NCBI RefSeq assembly: GCF_000973505.1
Contig: NZ_CP010048.1
Span: forward strand, 120,001-152,000
Reading direction: 5' to 3'
Source of the DNA: Candidatus Saccharimonadota bacterium
Lineage (GTDB): Bacteria; Pseudomonadota; Gammaproteobacteria; Enterobacterales; Enterobacteriaceae
Length of the DNA stretch: 32,000 bases
The number at the start of each line of letters is the position of its first letter. Within the stretch, counting starts at the first letter, position 1. The notes beneath the pieces are model-generated. The model searched no databases, was not told the origin of the DNA, and was given only the letters and a program-made list of their open reading frames with translations. The translations under genes were made by a program, and so were the position numbers. Shown here piece by piece: positions 18,913 to 29,995 of this stretch.

Positions 18913-21750
18913 ATGATTGATTATAAAAAAACTTTAAATTTACCAGTTACAAAATTTTCAATGCGTGGGAATTTGTTAAATTGCGAGCCTATGATATTAG
19001 AAAATTGGTACAATCACAACTTGTATAAAATACTTCGCATTGTAAAACATGGCAAGAATATGTTTTTTTTACATGATGGGCCGCCTTATGCTAATGGGAA
19101 GATTCATCTTGGTCATGCGGTTAATAAAGTTCTTAAAGACATTGTTGTTAAATCAAGGAATTTCATGGGATATGATGTTCCATATATTCCTGGTTGGGAT
19201 TGTCATGGTTTGCCTATTGAGTTAAAAGTTGAAGAATCAATTATTAGTAATAAGTGTGATTGTGATAATGAAATAAGTGATAGAGATTTTCGTTTTATGT
19301 GTCGGCAATACGCATATACGCAGATTGATCAACAAAAAAAAGATTTTATCAGATTAGGTGTTTTGGGGGATTGGGACGGTAGTTATTCAACTATGGATTT
19401 TGTTACCGAAGCAAATATAATTCGATGTTTAGGTGAAGTCATTGATCAAGGTTATTTGTATAGAGGTATTAAACCTGTGCATTGGTGTATTAATTGTTGT
19501 TCTGTTTTAGCAGAAGCGGAAGTAGAATATAAAAATCATATATCTCCTTCTGTGTATGTAGAGTTTATTGCATTTGATAGTTATGGTCTTTCAATTAAGT
19601 TTGGATGTGTGAATTTTAAATATTCCATTTCGTTTATAGTATGGACTACTACTCCATGGACATTGCCTGGTAATCGTGCTCTTGCTGTACATCCAGAATA
19701 TGATTATTGTTTAGTGAAAATACATAACAAGTGTTATATTGTTGCTGTAATATTATTAGATGATGTTATTCGTCGCTTGGGTTATTTAAATTATAAACTT
19801 TTTGGTGTTATTAAAGGGAAACATTTAGAATGGTCGTTATTTAAACATCCATTTATGTCATTTGATGTTCCTGTTGTTCTTGCTGATTATGTATTATCAA
19901 CTGTTGGTACTGGTGTAGTACATATTGCGCCTGGGCATGGAATAGAGGATTATAATGTAGCCCAACAGTATCATTTAGAAATTTTTAATTTAATTGATTC
20001 TTATGGTCATTATAAATGTAATATATTATCTTGTTTGGATAATTTAAAAGTATTTGATTCTAATCATGTAATTATTTCTTTATTGAGAACATGTGGAGCA
20101 CTTTTATATTTTGAGGAGTGGGAACATAGCTATCCTCATTGTTGGCGGCATAAAACTCCAATAATATTTCGTGCTACTTTTCAATGGTTTATTAGTTTAG
20201 ATCACTGTGATTTACGGCGGAAATGTTTAAGTGCGATAGATGATATGTGTTGGATCCCAAATAATGGAAAATCAAGCATGAAATCAATGGTTCTCAATAG
20301 ACCAGATTGGTGTATTTCACGTCAGCGTCGGTGGGGGGTGCCAATAACTGTTTTTTTACATAAACAAGATGGGACTTTACATCCTCGTACCGTAGAATTA
20401 ATAGAGATAGTAGCAAGAATGGTAGAAAAATTTGGTGTGCAAGCGTGGTGGGATTTAAATCCTGAGGATATTATAGGGAGTGATGTGAATGAATATAATA
20501 GAGTATATGATGTACTTGATGTTTGGTTTGATTCTGGTTCCACGTATTTTTCGGCAATTGCTTATGTTCGTGATGAATTTAAAAATAGTATACCTGATAT
20601 ATATTTAGAGGGATCTGATCAGTATCGTGGGTGGTTTATGTCTGCTTTATTGTTATCTTTGATAATAAAAGAACAATCTCCCTGTAAATTAATTGTATCT
20701 CATGGATTTAGTGTAGATTTTCAGGGAAAAAAGATGTCTAAATCTGTTGGTAATGTTATTAATCCACAAGAGATTGTAAATAAATTTGGTGCAGATGTTT
20801 TGCGTTTATGGATTGCTTCTAATGATTATACTACAGAAATGGTATTTTCTGATGAAAATATACAATCTTCTACTATTACATATCGTAGAATTCGGAATAC
20901 TGTGCGTTTTATTTTAGGTAATCTTAGCGATTTTGATCCCAATCAAGATATTGTTGATCCTGAAGATATGGTGGTTCTAGATCGTTGGATTGTTAGTCGT
21001 GCTTTATCTGTACAATTAGATATTATTTCAGATTATGAAAATTATAATTTTCATAATATAGTTAAAAGGATTATGTGTTTTTGTTCAGTAGAGTTGGGGT
21101 CTTTTTATTTAGATGTTATTAAAGATCGTCAATATGTAGTTAAAAAGAATAGTATTGCTAGAAAAAGTTCGCAAAGTGCGTTATATCATATTATTGAGGC
21201 CATGGTGCGTTGGATTGCTCCTATTATTTCTTTTACCGCGGCCGAAATTTGGAGTTATATTCCCGGAGAACGTTCACTGCATGTTTTCGTGGAGGAGTGG
21301 TATGATGGTTTATTTAGTATGGATGCCTCTGAAATAATGAATGAAAATTACTGGAATCTGTTTTTACAAATTCGTGGTGAAGTTAATAAAGTTCTTGAAA
21401 AGGCGCGTGAAGATGGATATATTGGTTCCTCATTAGAGGCAGGAATTATTTTATACGCACAGTCAAAGTTATCAGCGTTATTAAATCAGTTAGGTCATGA
21501 GTTACATTTTGGTTTTTTGACATCATCAGCAAGGGTGGTTGATTTCTATGATTTAAATGAAAAAAAGAGTGTATATAGGCAGAACGTAATGGAAGGATTG
21601 AGTATTGGTTTAGAAAAGGCAGTAGGAAGTAAGTGTCAACGTTGTTGGCATTATACTTTAGATGTTGGAATTGTTGGTTCTTATCCAGATATATGTTCTC
21701 GTTGTTTAGAAAATATTTTTGGAAAAGGAGAAGCGCGAATGTTTATTTAG
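18913..21750 (+). CDS. ileS: Isoleucyl-tRNA synthetase.
   Basis: The 945-aa product contains PPYANGKIHLGH (HIGH-type motif), editing-domain WTTTPWTLP, KMSKS, and a C-terminal Zn cluster CQRCWHY...CSRC. Confidence 0.98.
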   Translation: MIDYKKTLNLPVTKFSMRGNLLNCEPMILENWYNHNLYKILRIVKHGKNMFFLHDGPPYANGKIHLGHAVNKVLKDIVVKSRNFMGYDVPYIPGWDCHGLPIELKVEESIISNKCDCDNEISDRDFRFMCRQYAYTQIDQQKKDFIRLGVLGDWDGSYSTMDFVTEANIIRCLGEVIDQGYLYRGIKPVHWCINCCSVLAEAEVEYKNHISPSVYVEFIAFDSYGLSIKFGCVNFKYSISFIVWTTTPWTLPGNRALAVHPEYDYCLVKIHNKCYIVAVILLDDVIRRLGYLNYKLFGVIKGKHLEWSLFKHPFMSFDVPVVLADYVLSTVGTGVVHIAPGHGIEDYNVAQQYHLEIFNLIDSYGHYKCNILSCLDNLKVFDSNHVIISLLRTCGALLYFEEWEHSYPHCWRHKTPIIFRATFQWFISLDHCDLRRKCLSAIDDMCWIPNNGKSSMKSMVLNRPDWCISRQRRWGVPITVFLHKQDGTLHPRTVELIEIVARMVEKFGVQAWWDLNPEDIIGSDVNEYNRVYDVLDVWFDSGSTYFSAIAYVRDEFKNSIPDIYLEGSDQYRGWFMSALLLSLIIKEQSPCKLIVSHGFSVDFQGKKMSKSVGNVINPQEIVNKFGADVLRLWIASNDYTTEMVFSDENIQSSTITYRRIRNTVRFILGNLSDFDPNQDIVDPEDMVVLDRWIVSRALSVQLDIISDYENYNFHNIVKRIMCFCSVELGSFYLDVIKDRQYVVKKNSIARKSSQSALYHIIEAMVRWIAPIISFTAAEIWSYIPGERSLHVFVEEWYDGLFSMDASEIMNENYWNLFLQIRGEVNKVLEKAREDGYIGSSLEAGIILYAQSKLSALLNQLGHELHFGFLTSSARVVDFYDLNEKKSVYRQNVMEGLSIGLEKAVGSKCQRCWHYTLDVGIVGSYPDICSRCLENIFGKGEARMFI

Positions 21751-21758
21751 GATGATCA

Positions 21759-22238
21759 ATGAATGCCCAATTAATTTATTTTTCAAATTTGAAATGGCTG
21801 TTTTTATCATTAGTAATCATGTTTTTTGATTTGATGACCAAGTTTTTGGTGATGAATAATTGTGTATATGGTAAACCAATTTTTATTTTTTCATGTGTTA
21901 ATTGTTATTATGTTCATAATTTTGGTGTAGCTTTTAGTTTGTTAAGTCATATTGGTATTAAATATAACGCTCTTTTATCTTGTATTATAATATTAATTAT
22001 TTTGGTATTAGTGTTTATGTTGTGTTGTTTAGATATTAATAGCAGTTATTTTTTTAAGATAGGATATTCAGTGATTATTGGTGGTGCGTTAGGTAATGTA
22101 TTTAATCGTATATATTATGGTGTAGTTATTGATTTTATTGATTTTCATATAGGTTATTGGCATTGGCCGACGTTTAATGTTGCTGATTTAGGCATTTTTG
22201 TTGGTGTTGTATGTATTATATTAAGTAATAAGGTATAA
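21759..22238 (+). CDS. lspA: Lipoprotein signal peptidase II.
   Basis: The 159-aa membrane protein contains HNFGVAFS, IIGGALGN.FNR, VIDFIDF and FNVADL. It starts 8 nt after the ileS stop, matching the E. coli operon order. Confidence 0.93.
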   Translation: MNAQLIYFSNLKWLFLSLVIMFFDLMTKFLVMNNCVYGKPIFIFSCVNCYYVHNFGVAFSLLSHIGIKYNALLSCIIILIILVLVFMLCCLDINSSYFFKIGYSVIIGGALGNVFNRIYYGVVIDFIDFHIGYWHWPTFNVADLGIFVGVVCIILSNKV

Positions 22239-23029
22239 TAGTTATTTATTTTTGACTATATTGTTCATTACTATGTTTATAGTTTAATGTTAATCGTTTT
22301 TGTCCCAAGGTGTGTAGAATAGAAATTCTAGCAATTAGTATAGTAGTGTTTTAGCGTGATTTATTTATTGAGGTTTAAAATAGAAAGAATGTTCGTTGCT
22401 TATAAGATGTAGTAATTTGTTTGTATAAGTGGAAAATTTTTTTAATGTTCATTGATTATGGAAGTTATTAAGAGTGTTAAAGTGAGTGTATTGATTAGAT
22501 ATTATATTTGATATCTAACAGCATGTGTAAGATGCATATTTTTTTTGGTTTGTATGTTTGTTATTGAGATTCTAGTGTAATTGTTTGATAAAATTGAATT
22601 AAAATTACAGTGTTTAACTGATAGTTAGTGTATGAAAGTTATTTGTTATTATGAAAAGCATGAAAAAACAAAAAATATAAAATATCTATTTGTTGAATGA
22701 ATGATTGAGTAAAATATTTTACTTAAGATTTTGATCTTAGTACAGTATTTCAAAATGTTAAGTAATATTGTTGTTTATCTTTTGTGTCCGTCCATCCGTT
22801 GGTTAGTGTATAATATTTAAAACAATATATTTATAGCATTATTTTTTTGTTGTTAATATTTGATGTTGTTTATTATATTTATTATTTTATACTATTATTA
22901 TAGTTGTATAATTATAATTTTTGGGTATAATTTATTACTTGTTCATATTTCTGTATATGTATGCTAATAAAGATCCTCCTAATTATAGGGAGGATAATTT
23001 ATAATGGATAATTTCAAGAGTTAATAATA
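22239..23029. other. A 0.79-kb AT-rich non-coding spacer. It occupies the position of fkpB-ispH-rihC in E. coli.
   Basis: No ORF of 60 aa or more exists in any frame. It contains several short palindromes and one GC-containing hairpin at its 3' end. Confidence 0.75.
22973..22995 (+). promoter_or_regulatory. Inverted repeat (anti-SD/SD hairpin) in the dapB leader.
   Basis: ATCCTCCT (22973-22980) is complementary to GGGAGGAT (22988-22995). That gives 7 Watson-Crick pairs (4 G:C) plus 1 G:U, with a 7-nt loop AATTATA. The 3' arm contains GGAGGA. Confidence 0.5.
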
Positions 23030-23854
23030 ATGGGTGCAGATAATATTCGTGTTGCTATTTCTGGTGCAACTGGACGTATGGGTCGTCAATTAATACAGTC
23101 ATTGCTGTTAAAGTCTAATTGTTATAAATCAGTTGTTTTCACTGCAGCTATTACTAATAGTAATTCTAAATTTATTGGCAGTGATGTTGGAAGATTAATT
23201 GATGGTCGTTCTGTCGGAATAGTTATTCATGATTCCATAGAGGATATTTATAAAGATTTTGATATATTAATTGATTTTAGTTCTAGTCAAGCTACTTTAA
23301 ATTATTTAAAATCATGTAATATGTACAATAAAAACATGGTAATAGGTACAACGGGATTTACAGAGGAGGAGTTTGTTTTTATTAAAAAAACATCACAAAA
23401 AATAGGAATTGTTTTTTCTCCAAATTTTAGCATCATGGTTAATGTCATGTTAAAGTTATTAGAAAAGGCGACAAGTATTATTGGTGGTATGTCTGATATT
23501 AAAATTATTGAATTACATCATCGTAATAAAAAAGATATTCCTTCAGGAACTGCTTTAAAGATTCGTCAATCTATTTTATCTGTATTATTTGGTTCTGATA
23601 ATAAAAAAGTTAGGAACATGTTTTCAAAAATGAATAATGATTACGATATAGATATTCATTCAATGCGTGCTGGTGGTTTTGTCGGTGAACATAATGTTTT
23701 ATTTGCCAATGATGGTGAAAGTTTAGAGGTTATTCATCGCGGGTTTGATCGTTCTATTTTTGCAAGTGGCGCAATATATTCTGCCTTATGGCTTGGTGTA
23801 TTAAAAGTTGGCTTATTTGATATGGTTAATGTTTTGGGGTTAGATGAAATATAG
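23030..23854 (+). CDS. dapB: 4-hydroxy-tetrahydrodipicolinate reductase.
   Basis: [23 protein letters not shown] compares with E. coli [46 protein letters not shown] and GLFDM are present. Confidence 0.96.
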   Translation: [274 protein letters not shown]

Positions 23855-23979
23855 GTTTGTATTAATCTGAAAACACTAATATAGATACAATATTATTATA
23901 TAATATAAAAGGTGTATTATATGTTTATTAGTTTTTATGTTGTGAATATGTATCGATGATATGATATATTTGGAGATAT

Positions 23980-25116
23980 ATGAAAGGGACTGCATTATTA
24001 GTTTTAGAGGATGGTACAAAATTTCGGGGTCGATCTATAGGAGTAGAAGGTGAATCGGTAGGGGAGTTAGTTTTTAATACTTCTATGACTGGTTATCAAG
24101 AGATTCTTACTGATCCTTCTTATTCTAATCAGATAGTTGTATTTACATATCCGCATATTGGTAATGTTGGCATTAATGAACTTGATAATGAATCTTCACG
24201 TATACAGGTGAGCGGCTTAGTGGTGCGTGATTTATCATTGGTGCCCAGTAATTTTCGTCATGTCACTTCGTTATCTGATTATCTTGTTAAACAAAATGTT
24301 GTCGGTATTTCCAATATTGATACTCGTAGGTTAGTTTGTTTATTGCGTGATAAAGGTGTACAAAATGGTTGTATTATTTCTGGTGCAAATTTAGATGTAT
24401 TATTGGCCTTACGAAAAGCTCGTGCTTTTAGTCATGTATATCATAAAGGTTTACTAAAAAGTATTACCACAAACAAAAAATATACATGGACGTCTGGTAG
24501 CGTGGATATTTATTCTAAGAGATCAAATTCACAGATTAATTTGCCTTATCATGTTGTGATATATGATTTTGGAATTAAGTATAATATTATGAGAATGTTA
24601 GTAGATCGAGGATGTAGATTAACAATTGTACCTGCGAAAACCGCGGTGTCTGAAATTTTAAATATGCGTCCTGACGGTATTTTTTTATCAAATGGTCCTG
24701 GTGATCCTGCTTTGTATACTGATTCGATTGCTTGTGTGCGATGTTTATTAGATATTAATATACCTATATTTGGAATATGTTTAGGTCATCAGTTGTTAGC
24801 ATTAGCCAGTGGAGCCAAGGTGATAAAAATGAAGTTTGGTCATCATGGCGCAAATCATCCTGTCAAAGATTTATTAGCTAACAAAGTACTTATTACTACT
24901 CAAAATCATGTATTTACAGTGGATGACAAGTCTTTACCTAAAACATTAGAGATCACTCATATATCATTATTTGATGGTACATTAGAAGGTATTCGCTATC
25001 TTGGTAAACCAATATTTAGTTGCCAATGGCATCCAGAAGGTTCGCCAGGTCCGCATGATTCTCAAGTATTTTTTGATGATTTTGCGAGTTTAATTAAAAT
25101 TTATCATAACGGGTAA
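23980..25116 (+). CDS. carA: Carbamoyl-phosphate synthase small (glutaminase) subunit.
   Basis: [45 protein letters not shown] (catalytic Cys) and [10 protein letters not shown] are present. Confidence 0.97.
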   Translation: MKGTALLVLEDGTKFRGRSIGVEGESVGELVFNTSMTGYQEILTDPSYSNQIVVFTYPHIGNVGINELDNESSRIQVSGLVVRDLSLVPSNFRHVTSLSDYLVKQNVVGISNIDTRRLVCLLRDKGVQNGCIISGANLDVLLALRKARAFSHVYHKGLLKSITTNKKYTWTSGSVDIYSKRSNSQINLPYHVVIYDFGIKYNIMRMLVDRGCRLTIVPAKTAVSEILNMRPDGIFLSNGPGDPALYTDSIACVRCLLDINIPIFGICLGHQLLALASGAKVIKMKFGHHGANHPVKDLLANKVLITTQNHVFTVDDKSLPKTLEITHISLFDGTLEGIRYLGKPIFSCQWHPEGSPGPHDSQVFFDDFASLIKIYHNG

Positions 25117-25140
25117 ATAGTAGGTTATTAAGATTGTGAT

Positions 25141-28100
25141 ATGTCGAAACGTGGTGATATAAAAAGTATTTTAATTTTAGGTGCTGGTCCAATTGTGATT
25201 GGACAAGCATGTGAATTTGATTATTCTGGAACACAGGCATGTAAAGCGTTGCGTGAAGATGGATATCGATTAATTGTAGTTAATTCAAATCCTTCTACAA
25301 TCATGACAGATCCTGATATGGCTGATGTTACTTATATTGAGCCTATTCAGTGGAAAGTTGTTGATAAAATTATTCAAAAGGAGTGTCCTGATGCCTTATT
25401 ACCAACTGTTGGTGGTCAAACAGCATTAAATTGTGCTTTAGATTTAGAGCGGCACGGAATCTTAAAAGATTATAATGTAGAATTAATTGGAGCTACTGCA
25501 GATTCTATTATTAAAGCGGAAGATAGAAATTTATTTCGAAACGCTATGAAAGATATTGGTTTAGAAACTGCTCGATCAGGTGTTGCAAAAAATATTATAG
25601 AAGCTTTGTCTATTGTAGAAATTGTTGGATTACCATGTATTATTCGTCCTTCATTTACTCTTGGTGGGCATGGCGGTGGTATAGCTTATACAAAAGTGGA
25701 ATTTGAGTCGCTTTGTGAATCTGGATTTGATATTTCTCCCAATCATGAGGTATTAATTGATGAGTCATTATTTGGTTGGAAGGAGTATGAGATGGAGGTT
25801 ATTCGTGATAGGAATGACAATTGTATCATCGTGTGTTCTATTGAGAACGTTGATCCTATGGGTATTCATACTGGTGATTCTATTACTGTTGCGCCAGCGC
25901 AAACATTGAGTGATAAAGAATATCAAATTATGCGTAATGCTGCCATAGAAGTGTTACGTGTAATTGGTGTAGAAACTGGTGGATCTAATGTACAGTTTGC
26001 TGTTAATCCAGATAATGGTAGGCTTATTGTTGTTGAAATGAATCCAAGGGTGTCTCGTTCATCAGCATTAGCTTCAAAAGCAACTGGTTTTCCTATTGCT
26101 AAAGTAGCTGCTAAATTAGCTGTTGGTTATACACTGGATGAATTAATGAATGATATTGTTGGAGGATGTATGCCTGCATCTTTTGAACCAACTATTGATT
26201 ATGTAGTAACTAAGATTCCCAGATTTGATTTTGATAAGTTTTGTACTGCAGATGATCGGTTAACTACGACAATGAAATCGGTAGGTGAAGTTATGGGAAT
26301 TGGTTGTACGCAGCAAGAATCGCTTCAAAAAGCTATGCGTTCTTTAGAGATTGGTGCTACAGGATTTGATTCTAAAGTGGATTTGAGTAACAATTTAGCC
26401 GAGTCGGTAGCGGTTATTCGTTATGAGCTTCAACATGCTGGTTCTAATCGTCTTTGGTATATAGGTGATGCTTTTCGTGTAGGTATGTCTTTAGAGGAAA
26501 TATTTAATTTAACATGTATTGATCGATGGTTTTTAGCACAAATTGAAGAATTAGTTATGTTAGAAAGTGATGTAATTTCTCGTGGTATTTCTGCATTAAC
26601 TTTTGATTATTTATATTTGTTGAAGAGTAAAGGTTTTTCTGATGCTCGATTAGGTATATTGGTCAATGTATCGGAACATGAAATACGTTATTTGAGAAAT
26701 ACATATAATTTACATCCTATATATAAGCAAATAGATACTTGTGCGGCAGAATTTTTTACACAATCGATATGTATGTATTCTACTTATTCTATTGAGAATG
26801 AAGTATTTTTTAAAGAATGCCATTATAATAGGATTATAATTTTAGGTAGTGGACCTAATAGAATTGGGCAAGGGATTGAGTTTGATTATTGTTGTGTGCA
26901 TGCAGTATTAGCACTAAGACAATTAGGTTATGAGACGGTTATGATAAATTGCAATCCTGAAACTGTTTCTACTGATTATGATATTGCTAATTATTTGTAT
27001 TTTGAGCCTATCACGCTTGAAGATGTATTAGAAATTATTCGAATTGAAAATCCCAAAGGCGTGATTGTGCAGTATGGTGGTCAAACTCCTTTAAAAATAT
27101 CTAGAGATTTAGAATTATATGGAGCACATATTATTGGTACTAGTTCAGATTCAATTGATCGTGCTGAAAATCGTGAACGTTTTCAACAGGCAATACGTTC
27201 TTTGGGTTTAAAACAACCTAATAATGCGAGTGTAGAGTCTATAGATTTAGCTGTGCAGAAAGCAAATTTTATAGGGTATCCATTAGTTATTCGACCTTCT
27301 TATGTTTTAGGTGGTAGAGCGATGGAAATTATTTATGATGAGAAAGATTTGTTGTGTTATTTTCGTGACGCTATAAATGTTTCTCATGATTCACCAGTAT
27401 TATTAGATCAGTTTCTTGAAAATGCTATTGAGGTTGATGTTGATGCTGTTTGTGATGGGACGGATGTATTAGTTGGTGGTATCATGGAACATATTGAAGA
27501 AGCCGGTGTTCATTCTGGTGATTCGGCGTGTTCATTACCTGCATATACATTAAGTTCTGATATTATTAATGACATACATACCCAGGTAAAATTAATAGCA
27601 TTTGATTTTGGGATTATTGGTTTAATTAATGTTCAATTTGCAGTTAGGAATAACGATATTTATTTACTTGAAGTTAATCCAAGGGCTTCTCGTACTGTAC
27701 CTTTTGTTTCTAAAGCTACTGGTGTGTCCTTAGCTGGAATTTCTGCTTGTGTGGTACTTGGAAAATCTTTAATTGAGCAAGGTGTGTATGAAGTGGTTCC
27801 TCATTATTTTTCGGTAAAAGAGGTTCTTCTTCCTTTTAGTAAATTTTCTGATATTAATCCGGTACTTGGTCCAGAGATGCGATCAACTGGTGAAGTTATG
27901 GGTATTGGTAATACATTTTCTGAGGCTTTTGCTAAAGCTATGTTTGCTAGTTATTCGTATGTTAAGAAAAATGGATGCGTGTTAATATCTATTGATCGTA
28001 AAGACTATGCGAGGTTAGCTAATTTAATTTTTCAGTTATTTCATTATGGGTTTTCTATAGATATTACTGATAAAACTAGTATTTTTTTAAAAAAATTCAG

Positions 28101-28380
28101 TTTTTGTTCTGATATAGTTAATTATGTGGAAGAGAATAGTGTGTATGTGCAAAACAGAATTAAGAATGGTGAGTATAATTACATAATTGACACTTCTTGC
28201 AGATATAATCGATCTACATCTCGTTCAAGTGCTTTCATATGTCGCAGTGCTTTGCGTTATCAAGTATATTATAACACTACATTAAATGCTAGTTTTGCAA
28301 CATTGATGTCGCTTGAGTCTGATCCTACTGAAAGTGTAGTGTCGATTCAAGAAATGCATGCTCAGATTTTTAAAAGTTGA
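25141..28380 (+). CDS. carB: Carbamoyl-phosphate synthase large subunit.
   Basis: The 1079-aa product has duplicated ATP-grasp halves ([13 protein letters not shown] and [13 protein letters not shown]; [18 protein letters not shown] and [18 protein letters not shown]). The C-terminal allosteric domain contains RIKNGEY. Confidence 0.98.
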   Translation: MSKRGDIKSILILGAGPIVIGQACEFDYSGTQACKALREDGYRLIVVNSNPSTIMTDPDMADVTYIEPIQWKVVDKIIQKECPDALLPTVGGQTALNCALDLERHGILKDYNVELIGATADSIIKAEDRNLFRNAMKDIGLETARSGVAKNIIEALSIVEIVGLPCIIRPSFTLGGHGGGIAYTKVEFESLCESGFDISPNHEVLIDESLFGWKEYEMEVIRDRNDNCIIVCSIENVDPMGIHTGDSITVAPAQTLSDKEYQIMRNAAIEVLRVIGVETGGSNVQFAVNPDNGRLIVVEMNPRVSRSSALASKATGFPIAKVAAKLAVGYTLDELMNDIVGGCMPASFEPTIDYVVTKIPRFDFDKFCTADDRLTTTMKSVGEVMGIGCTQQESLQKAMRSLEIGATGFDSKVDLSNNLAESVAVIRYELQHAGSNRLWYIGDAFRVGMSLEEIFNLTCIDRWFLAQIEELVMLESDVISRGISALTFDYLYLLKSKGFSDARLGILVNVSEHEIRYLRNTYNLHPIYKQIDTCAAEFFTQSICMYSTYSIENEVFFKECHYNRIIILGSGPNRIGQGIEFDYCCVHAVLALRQLGYETVMINCNPETVSTDYDIANYLYFEPITLEDVLEIIRIENPKGVIVQYGGQTPLKISRDLELYGAHIIGTSSDSIDRAENRERFQQAIRSLGLKQPNNASVESIDLAVQKANFIGYPLVIRPSYVLGGRAMEIIYDEKDLLCYFRDAINVSHDSPVLLDQFLENAIEVDVDAVCDGTDVLVGGIMEHIEEAGVHSGDSACSLPAYTLSSDIINDIHTQVKLIAFDFGIIGLINVQFAVRNNDIYLLEVNPRASRTVPFVSKATGVSLAGISACVVLGKSLIEQGVYEVVPHYFSVKEVLLPFSKFSDINPVLGPEMRSTGEVMGIGNTFSEAFAKAMFASYSYVKKNGCVLISIDRKDYARLANLIFQLFHYGFSIDITDKTSIFLKKFSFCSDIVNYVEENSVYVQNRIKNGEYNYIIDTSCRYNRSTSRSSAFICRSALRYQVYYNTTLNASFATLMSLESDPTESVVSIQEMHAQIFKS

Positions 28381-28552
28381 TATGTGAAGTTTGATGATAT
28401 TGTATTTAATGTAGTTGTTTGAATTAATAGATTTGATATTGAATGGATTAATATTGTTCATTGTTATGGATAGTGTTTTAAATACTGCAAGTAATAATTT
28501 TTGTGTATAATTATTATATTTTTGGTTTATTGTTTATTAATGTTATTATGTT

Positions 28553-29083
28553 ATGGATATAAGCTTAATAGTTGCATTAGCAAATGAACGTGTCATTGGT
28601 AAATTAGGTACGATTCCTTGGGAATTATCACATGATATGTTATGGTTTAAATATCATACTTTAAATAAACCCATCATTATGGGTCGTAAAACATTTGATT
28701 CTATTGGTAAAAAACCGTTATTGAATAGATTTAATATTGTTTTAAGTCGTAGTTTGGTACAGAATCGGTATGCATCTGATCTTGTTTTTGTTTCAACACC
28801 TGAAGAAGCTTTATGGATATCAGCAAAAATATGTAATTATTTTATTTCCGAGGTTATGGTGATTGGAGGAGCACAGATTTATGATTTGTTTTTACCTTAT
28901 GTTAATCATTTGTATATAACATATATTAATATGAATGTTTTTGGTGATGTATTTTTCCCAAGTTATCGGGAAGGAGAATGGAATGAAATATTTACTAGAT
29001 CTTATTGTCTATTTCCATTTGTTAATTATACTTATTGTTTTAAAATTTTTGAGCGTTGTGTGAAATATTATTATAATCTGTAA
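28553..29083 (+). CDS. folA: Dihydrofolate reductase.
   Basis: MDISLIVALANERVIG, PWELSHDMLWFK (Asp27 equivalent), MGRKTFDSIG and VIGGAQIYDLFLP are present. The product is 176 aa, slightly longer at the C-terminus than E. coli FolA. Confidence 0.92.
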   Translation: MDISLIVALANERVIGKLGTIPWELSHDMLWFKYHTLNKPIIMGRKTFDSIGKKPLLNRFNIVLSRSLVQNRYASDLVFVSTPEEALWISAKICNYFISEVMVIGGAQIYDLFLPYVNHLYITYINMNVFGDVFFPSYREGEWNEIFTRSYCLFPFVNYTYCFKIFERCVKYYYNL

Positions 29084-29155
29084 TTTTATGTTTATCGTTA
29101 ATGTTTTTATAGTTATTTTTTTCTTATTTTAAACTGTTTGTATACTTTTTTAAAA

Positions 29156-29995
29156 CTATAGAGCACGTGGAGTACAAGATATTCGAATAAAGTTTTTGTT
29201 TTCCCATTGTAGCAATGTTAGTTGTTTACCTCGATAACAACCTGAATCTAATCCATAAATGTTATCAGGTGTGCCTTTCCCTTCTAGGGTTGACCAATGT
29301 CCAAAAATTATATTATAACAAGACGGAATTAATCTTGGTAAATTAAACCAAGGTTGTAATGGGTATGGCGATTTTTCTGGAATATCTTTAAATTTTAAAT
29401 CTAATTGTCCATCTGGATATAAATATCGCATTTTTGTGAATATGTTAATGTTATGTATGATGCGTGTTAGATTTTTATCTTGTACGTTCAATAGAGAATG
29501 AGTAGTGGTTATTTTTGTAGACTGTATATTTTGTAAGAACATTGCATAGTGTTTACTTTGTAGAATTTTTTCTATTTCTTTAGCGTTTTTTTTAGCAGCA
29601 CAAATAGTCCATGTAGGTGTAATTCCTGCATGTGTCATTATTATTTTTTTTGATTCATCAATTTGTAACATTGGTTGGTATCTCAACCAATTAATTAATT
29701 TATCTGCATGTGATGATTGGAATATATTAGTATGGCAGGCATATTTTTTTTTATATCGGTAGTTAAAGTTGGCGTATGATCTTAATAAATTTAAGTCGTG
29801 GTTACCTAGTACAATTCTGACACTATTTTTTAGTTTGTAAATTAAATTCAATACTTCTAATGAATGTGGTCCTTTTGCCACCAAATCTCCAGTAATCCAG
29901 AGAGTATCTATTTTAGGATTAAATTTAACGGTGTTTAGTATTTTTTTTAAGCTTGTATAGCAACCGTGTATATCACCAATTAAATAAGTTGACAT
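29156..29995 (-). CDS. apaH: Bis(5'-nucleosyl)-tetraphosphatase, symmetrical (Ap4A hydrolase).
   Basis: MSTYLIGDIHGC, TGDLVAKGP, LGNHD, THAGI and FGHWS metallophosphatase motifs are present. The product is collinear with E. coli ApaH. Confidence 0.95.
   Translation of the reverse strand: MSTYLIGDIHGCYTSLKKILNTVKFNPKIDTLWITGDLVAKGPHSLEVLNLIYKLKNSVRIVLGNHDLNLLRSYANFNYRYKKKYACHTNIFQSSHADKLINWLRYQPMLQIDESKKIIMTHAGITPTWTICAAKKNAKEIEKILQSKHYAMFLQNIQSTKITTTHSLLNVQDKNLTRIIHNINIFTKMRYLYPDGQLDLKFKDIPEKSPYPLQPWFNLPRLIPSCYNIIFGHWSTLEGKGTPDNIYGLDSGCYRGKQLTLLQWENKNFIRISCTPRAL

Noticed and set aside
22708-22739. A perfect 16-bp palindrome AGTAAAATATTTTACT (22708-22723), immediately followed by the hairpin TAAGAT-TTTG-ATCTTA (22725-22739). 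Other AT-only inverted repeats are present, including 22315-22330, 22495-22518 and 2285-2311.
   Set aside because: They consist almost entirely of A/T. Palindromes of this length are expected at roughly one per spacer by chance in DNA of this composition. None is followed by a U-run in the right orientation to be a terminator.
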